Below are positions 61,439 through 64,000 of a stretch of DNA of 64,000 nucleotides, piece by piece. The position numbers and the translations under genes are program-made. Position 1 is the first letter of the stretch; each line of letters opens with the position of its first letter. The notes under the pieces are model-generated. The model did no database searches. It saw only the letters and a program-made list of their open reading frames with translations, and was not told the DNA's origin. The DNA comes from an uncultured Candidatus Micrarchaeota archaeon (lineage in GTDB: Archaea; Micrarchaeota; Micrarchaeia; Burarchaeales; Fermentimicrarchaeaceae), in NCBI GenBank assembly GCA_903884505.1, contig CAISET010000027.1:1211-65210 (forward strand). Reading direction: 5' to 3'.

Positions 61439-61905
61439 TGAATATGGATAAAAAAGCTCAAGGCGCGGTCGAATACCTCGTAACCTACAGCTGGATGCTC
61501 ATCGCGCTTGTCGCGATAATCGCAGCGCTCTATTACCTGGGCGTGCTCAACCCTTCCACCTGGTTCGGCACCTCCAACGAGGTGACCGGCCTCTCGACTT
61601 TCACGGTAACCGATTTCACAATCAAAGGCAGCGGCAACCTCACGCTTTATCTTGTGAACAGCGCCAGCGTCCAGGTGAACATAACGGGCATCAGGGTGAA
61701 GGGGGCTTCCCTCACCAACGTCTCCCCGACGCTGCCCCTCAGCATGAATCCCGGGCAGAACAGGACAATCACCTGCAGGTCCGGCCTGCTCAACGGGACC
61801 GTTGGCGATACGTTCTACGGGGTGAAATTCGAGATAGTTTATGATGTGGTGGGCGGCGGCACCAACCACACCGACGCCGGCACAATGCGGGGGAAAATCT
61901 CGTAA
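61438..61905 (+). CDS. Type IV pilin (paralogue of 56786-57250)
   Basis: KKA/QGAVEYLVTYSW...LGVLNP; shares the NHTDxGTMxG end. Confidence 0.9.
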   Translation: MNMDKKAQGAVEYLVTYSWMLIALVAIIAALYYLGVLNPSTWFGTSNEVTGLSTFTVTDFTIKGSGNLTLYLVNSASVQVNITGIRVKGASLTNVSPTLPLSMNPGQNRTITCRSGLLNGTVGDTFYGVKFEIVYDVVGGGTNHTDAGTMRGKIS

Positions 61906-61933
61906 TCGAGGCATAGTGAAGAGGGGGCAGAAG

Positions 61934-63685
61934 ATGAGGTTCCGCGAACTTGCAGAGGCTTACGAGAAGATTGAAGCCACTTCCGGCCGCCTCGACATGA
62001 TGGCCTTGCTCGCCGAGGCATTCAAGAAGGCCTTACCCTCGGAGATAGACAAGATAATCTACCTCTCGCAGGGGGTCGTCGCCGCGCCATTCGAGGGGCT
62101 TGAGGTGGGAATGGGCGAGAAGTTCGTCATCCACGCAATTGCGACCGCCACGGGCTATGACGAAAAAACCGTTGGGAAGCTTTACAAGAAGAGCGGCGAC
62201 CTCGGCGATACTGCGCAGGAGCTTATCAAGGAGAAGAGGCAGCAGTCGCTCCACCGCGAGGAGCTTTCGGTTTCAAAGGTATTTGATTCCTTCAAGAAGA
62301 TAGCTGTCATCTCAGGCGCGGGAACGCAGGAGAAAAAAATAGACGCGCTGGTTGAGCTGCTGAACAGCGCCACGCCGCTCGAGGCGAAGTACATAATCCG
62401 CTTCCCCATCGGCAAATTGAGGCTCGGCGCAGGGGACGCAACCGTTCTTGAGGCGCTCTCAATCGCGAAACAGGGCGACAGGACTGCGAAGGACGATTTG
62501 GAGCACGCGTACAACATGTGCTCGGACCTTGGGCTCGTTGCGAAGACCTATTACGAGAAGGGGCTTGAGGGAATAAAGAAATTCCACATAATGCTGTTCC
62601 ATCCGATAAGGCCCGCTCTCGCCGAGCGCCTTCCCTCTGCGGAAGAGATTATTGAGAAATTGGGGAAGTGCGCAGTAGACCAGAAATTCGACGGCTTCCG
62701 CGTCCAGTGCCACAAGAAAGGCGACGCGGTCGAGCTCTACTCCCGCAGGCTTGAGAAGACGACCGCCATGTTCCCCGAAATAGTTGCGGGAGTGAAGAAG
62801 CAGGTGAAGGCGAAGGAAGCGATTTTTGAGGGGGAGGCGCTCGCAATCAACGAGCTGACCGGCGAGTTCTACCCGTTCCAGGTGACAATCCAGCGTAAGA
62901 GGAAATACGGCATCGGGGAGAAGGCGGAGGAGTTCCCGCTCAAATTATTCGCATTCGATTTGCTTTTTGAGGACGGAAAGGATTACACGAAAATTCCTTA
63001 CGGTGAAAGAAGGAAGCAGCTCGAAAAAGCAATTTCGAAAGGCGACACTATTCTTCCGAGCGGCTCCATCATCACCGATGATGCGAAGGAGCTGCAGAGA
63101 TATTTTGATGAGTGCGTTGAGAAGGGATTGGAAGGGATTATTGCGAAGGACCTGAACGCGGAATATGTCGCGGGCGCGAGAAAATTCGCCTGGATTAAGC
63201 TGAAGCGCAGCTACAAGGGAGAACTGGCTGATACGATTGACGTCGTGATAATCGGCTACTACGCCGGGCGCGGGGCCCGTGCCGAGTTCGGGTTCGGCGG
63301 GTTCCTCGGCGCGGTCTATGATGCGGATGAGGAGAGATTCAAGACAATCACGAAGGTCGGCAGCGGCTTCACGGAACAACAGATGGTTGATATGAAGAAG
63401 ATGCTGGACAAGATTAAGGTGAAGGAGAAGCCGAAAAGGGTTGACGCGCTCATTTCTCCGGACGTTTGGGTGGAACCGAAATATGTTGTGACCCTGACTG
63501 CTGATGAAATCACCAGGTCGCCGACCCACACCTGCGGAAAGGCGAAGGACGAGCCCGGCTATGCCCTCCGCTTCCCGAGGCTTACCGCAGAAATCCGCTC
63601 GGATAAGAAACCCGAGGATGCGACTTCGGTCGCAGAAATAATCGAGATGTTCGGCATGCAGAAGAAGCACACACTGGAGGAGTGA
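61934..63685 (+). CDS. lig: ATP-dependent DNA ligase
   Basis: KFDGFRVQ (motif I), YSRRLE, EGE, FDLL, EGIIAK, WIKLK, ALRFPR...DK. Confidence 0.96.
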   Translation: MRFRELAEAYEKIEATSGRLDMMALLAEAFKKALPSEIDKIIYLSQGVVAAPFEGLEVGMGEKFVIHAIATATGYDEKTVGKLYKKSGDLGDTAQELIKEKRQQSLHREELSVSKVFDSFKKIAVISGAGTQEKKIDALVELLNSATPLEAKYIIRFPIGKLRLGAGDATVLEALSIAKQGDRTAKDDLEHAYNMCSDLGLVAKTYYEKGLEGIKKFHIMLFHPIRPALAERLPSAEEIIEKLGKCAVDQKFDGFRVQCHKKGDAVELYSRRLEKTTAMFPEIVAGVKKQVKAKEAIFEGEALAINELTGEFYPFQVTIQRKRKYGIGEKAEEFPLKLFAFDLLFEDGKDYTKIPYGERRKQLEKAISKGDTILPSGSIITDDAKELQRYFDECVEKGLEGIIAKDLNAEYVAGARKFAWIKLKRSYKGELADTIDVVIIGYYAGRGARAEFGFGGFLGAVYDADEERFKTITKVGSGFTEQQMVDMKKMLDKIKVKEKPKRVDALISPDVWVEPKYVVTLTADEITRSPTHTCGKAKDEPGYALRFPRLTAEIRSDKKPEDATSVAEIIEMFGMQKKHTLEE

Positions 63686-63686
63686 G

Positions 63687-64000
63687 ATGAGGAATATGGA
63701 TAGGGCTGGCATAGGCATTCTCATAATGGTGCTGGGCGTAGTGACATTTCTCGCGCTTCTCTTCAGCGGGCATGCGGGATGGGAAATCCTTTTCACGTAC
63801 ATGCCCATTGGCGCTCTGGTTCTGCTGATAGGCGTTGTTCTTGCGCTTGAGATTGCGGATGCCGTTGATATAGCCACGGTGGCTCTTGCACTGGCCGTGG
63901 CAGTGCTCGTGCCGATTACGGCGGACTGCGCTCCCGGTGGATCTCCAGTTGGATGGCTGCTATTCGAAACGGCTTCGCTGCTTTTCATCTTCGGAACTGC
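63687..64000 (+). CDS. Membrane protein (partial, runs off the window's right end)
   Basis: ATG two bases after the lig stop; open and hydrophobic to the window end. Confidence 0.7.
   Translation, partial: MRNMDRAGIGILIMVLGVVTFLALLFSGHAGWEILFTYMPIGALVLLIGVVLALEIADAVDIATVALALAVAVLVPITADCAPGGSPVGWLLFETASLLFIFGT

Noticed and set aside
53059-61905. Archaellum operon
   Set aside because: No ArlB, ArlH, ArlF or ArlG; two separate TadB/C-like genes and QxxxEY pilins indicate a pilus.

Overview
Gene-dense archaeal chromosome segment. Archaeal markers include the ThrRS, GluRS, type II GAPDH, ATP-dependent ligase, TTTAAA-type TATA boxes and BHB tRNA introns. Form III Rubisco, multi-intron tRNAs and compact packing suggest a DPANN/Micrarchaeota-like organism (inference). 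Left to right: a MoxR AAA+/VWA pair coupled to at least five HEAT-repeat paralogues; a Mg2+ P-type ATPase divergent from form III Rubisco; thioredoxin-fold surface proteins; thrS, fni, mvk, gltX; a Fur-family/ZIP module; a UbiX-UbiD-AcnX-IPK cluster completing the lower archaeal mevalonate pathway; secreted Cys/Pro-Thr-rich proteins; intron-containing tRNA-Thr(CGT) and tRNA-Ser(CGA); pgk, gap, tpiA and a glycogen debranching enzyme; an MNT-HEPN pair; a Tad-type type IV pilus locus; DNA ligase. Three observations stand out. (1) A dispersed ~80-95 bp hairpin element with fixed ends and a structurally covarying, GA-mismatch-rich core occurs three times between genes, once next to a displaced tpiA 3' end. 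A full copy makes up most of the tRNA-Thr intron and a core-only copy lies in a tRNA-Ser intron. (2) Two exported proteins carry phage/CIS tail-tube (gp19-like) domains with no phage context. (3) The MoxR-VWA-HEAT operon has a shared ~65-aa C-terminal module. All family calls come from visual motif recognition; no database searches were run.
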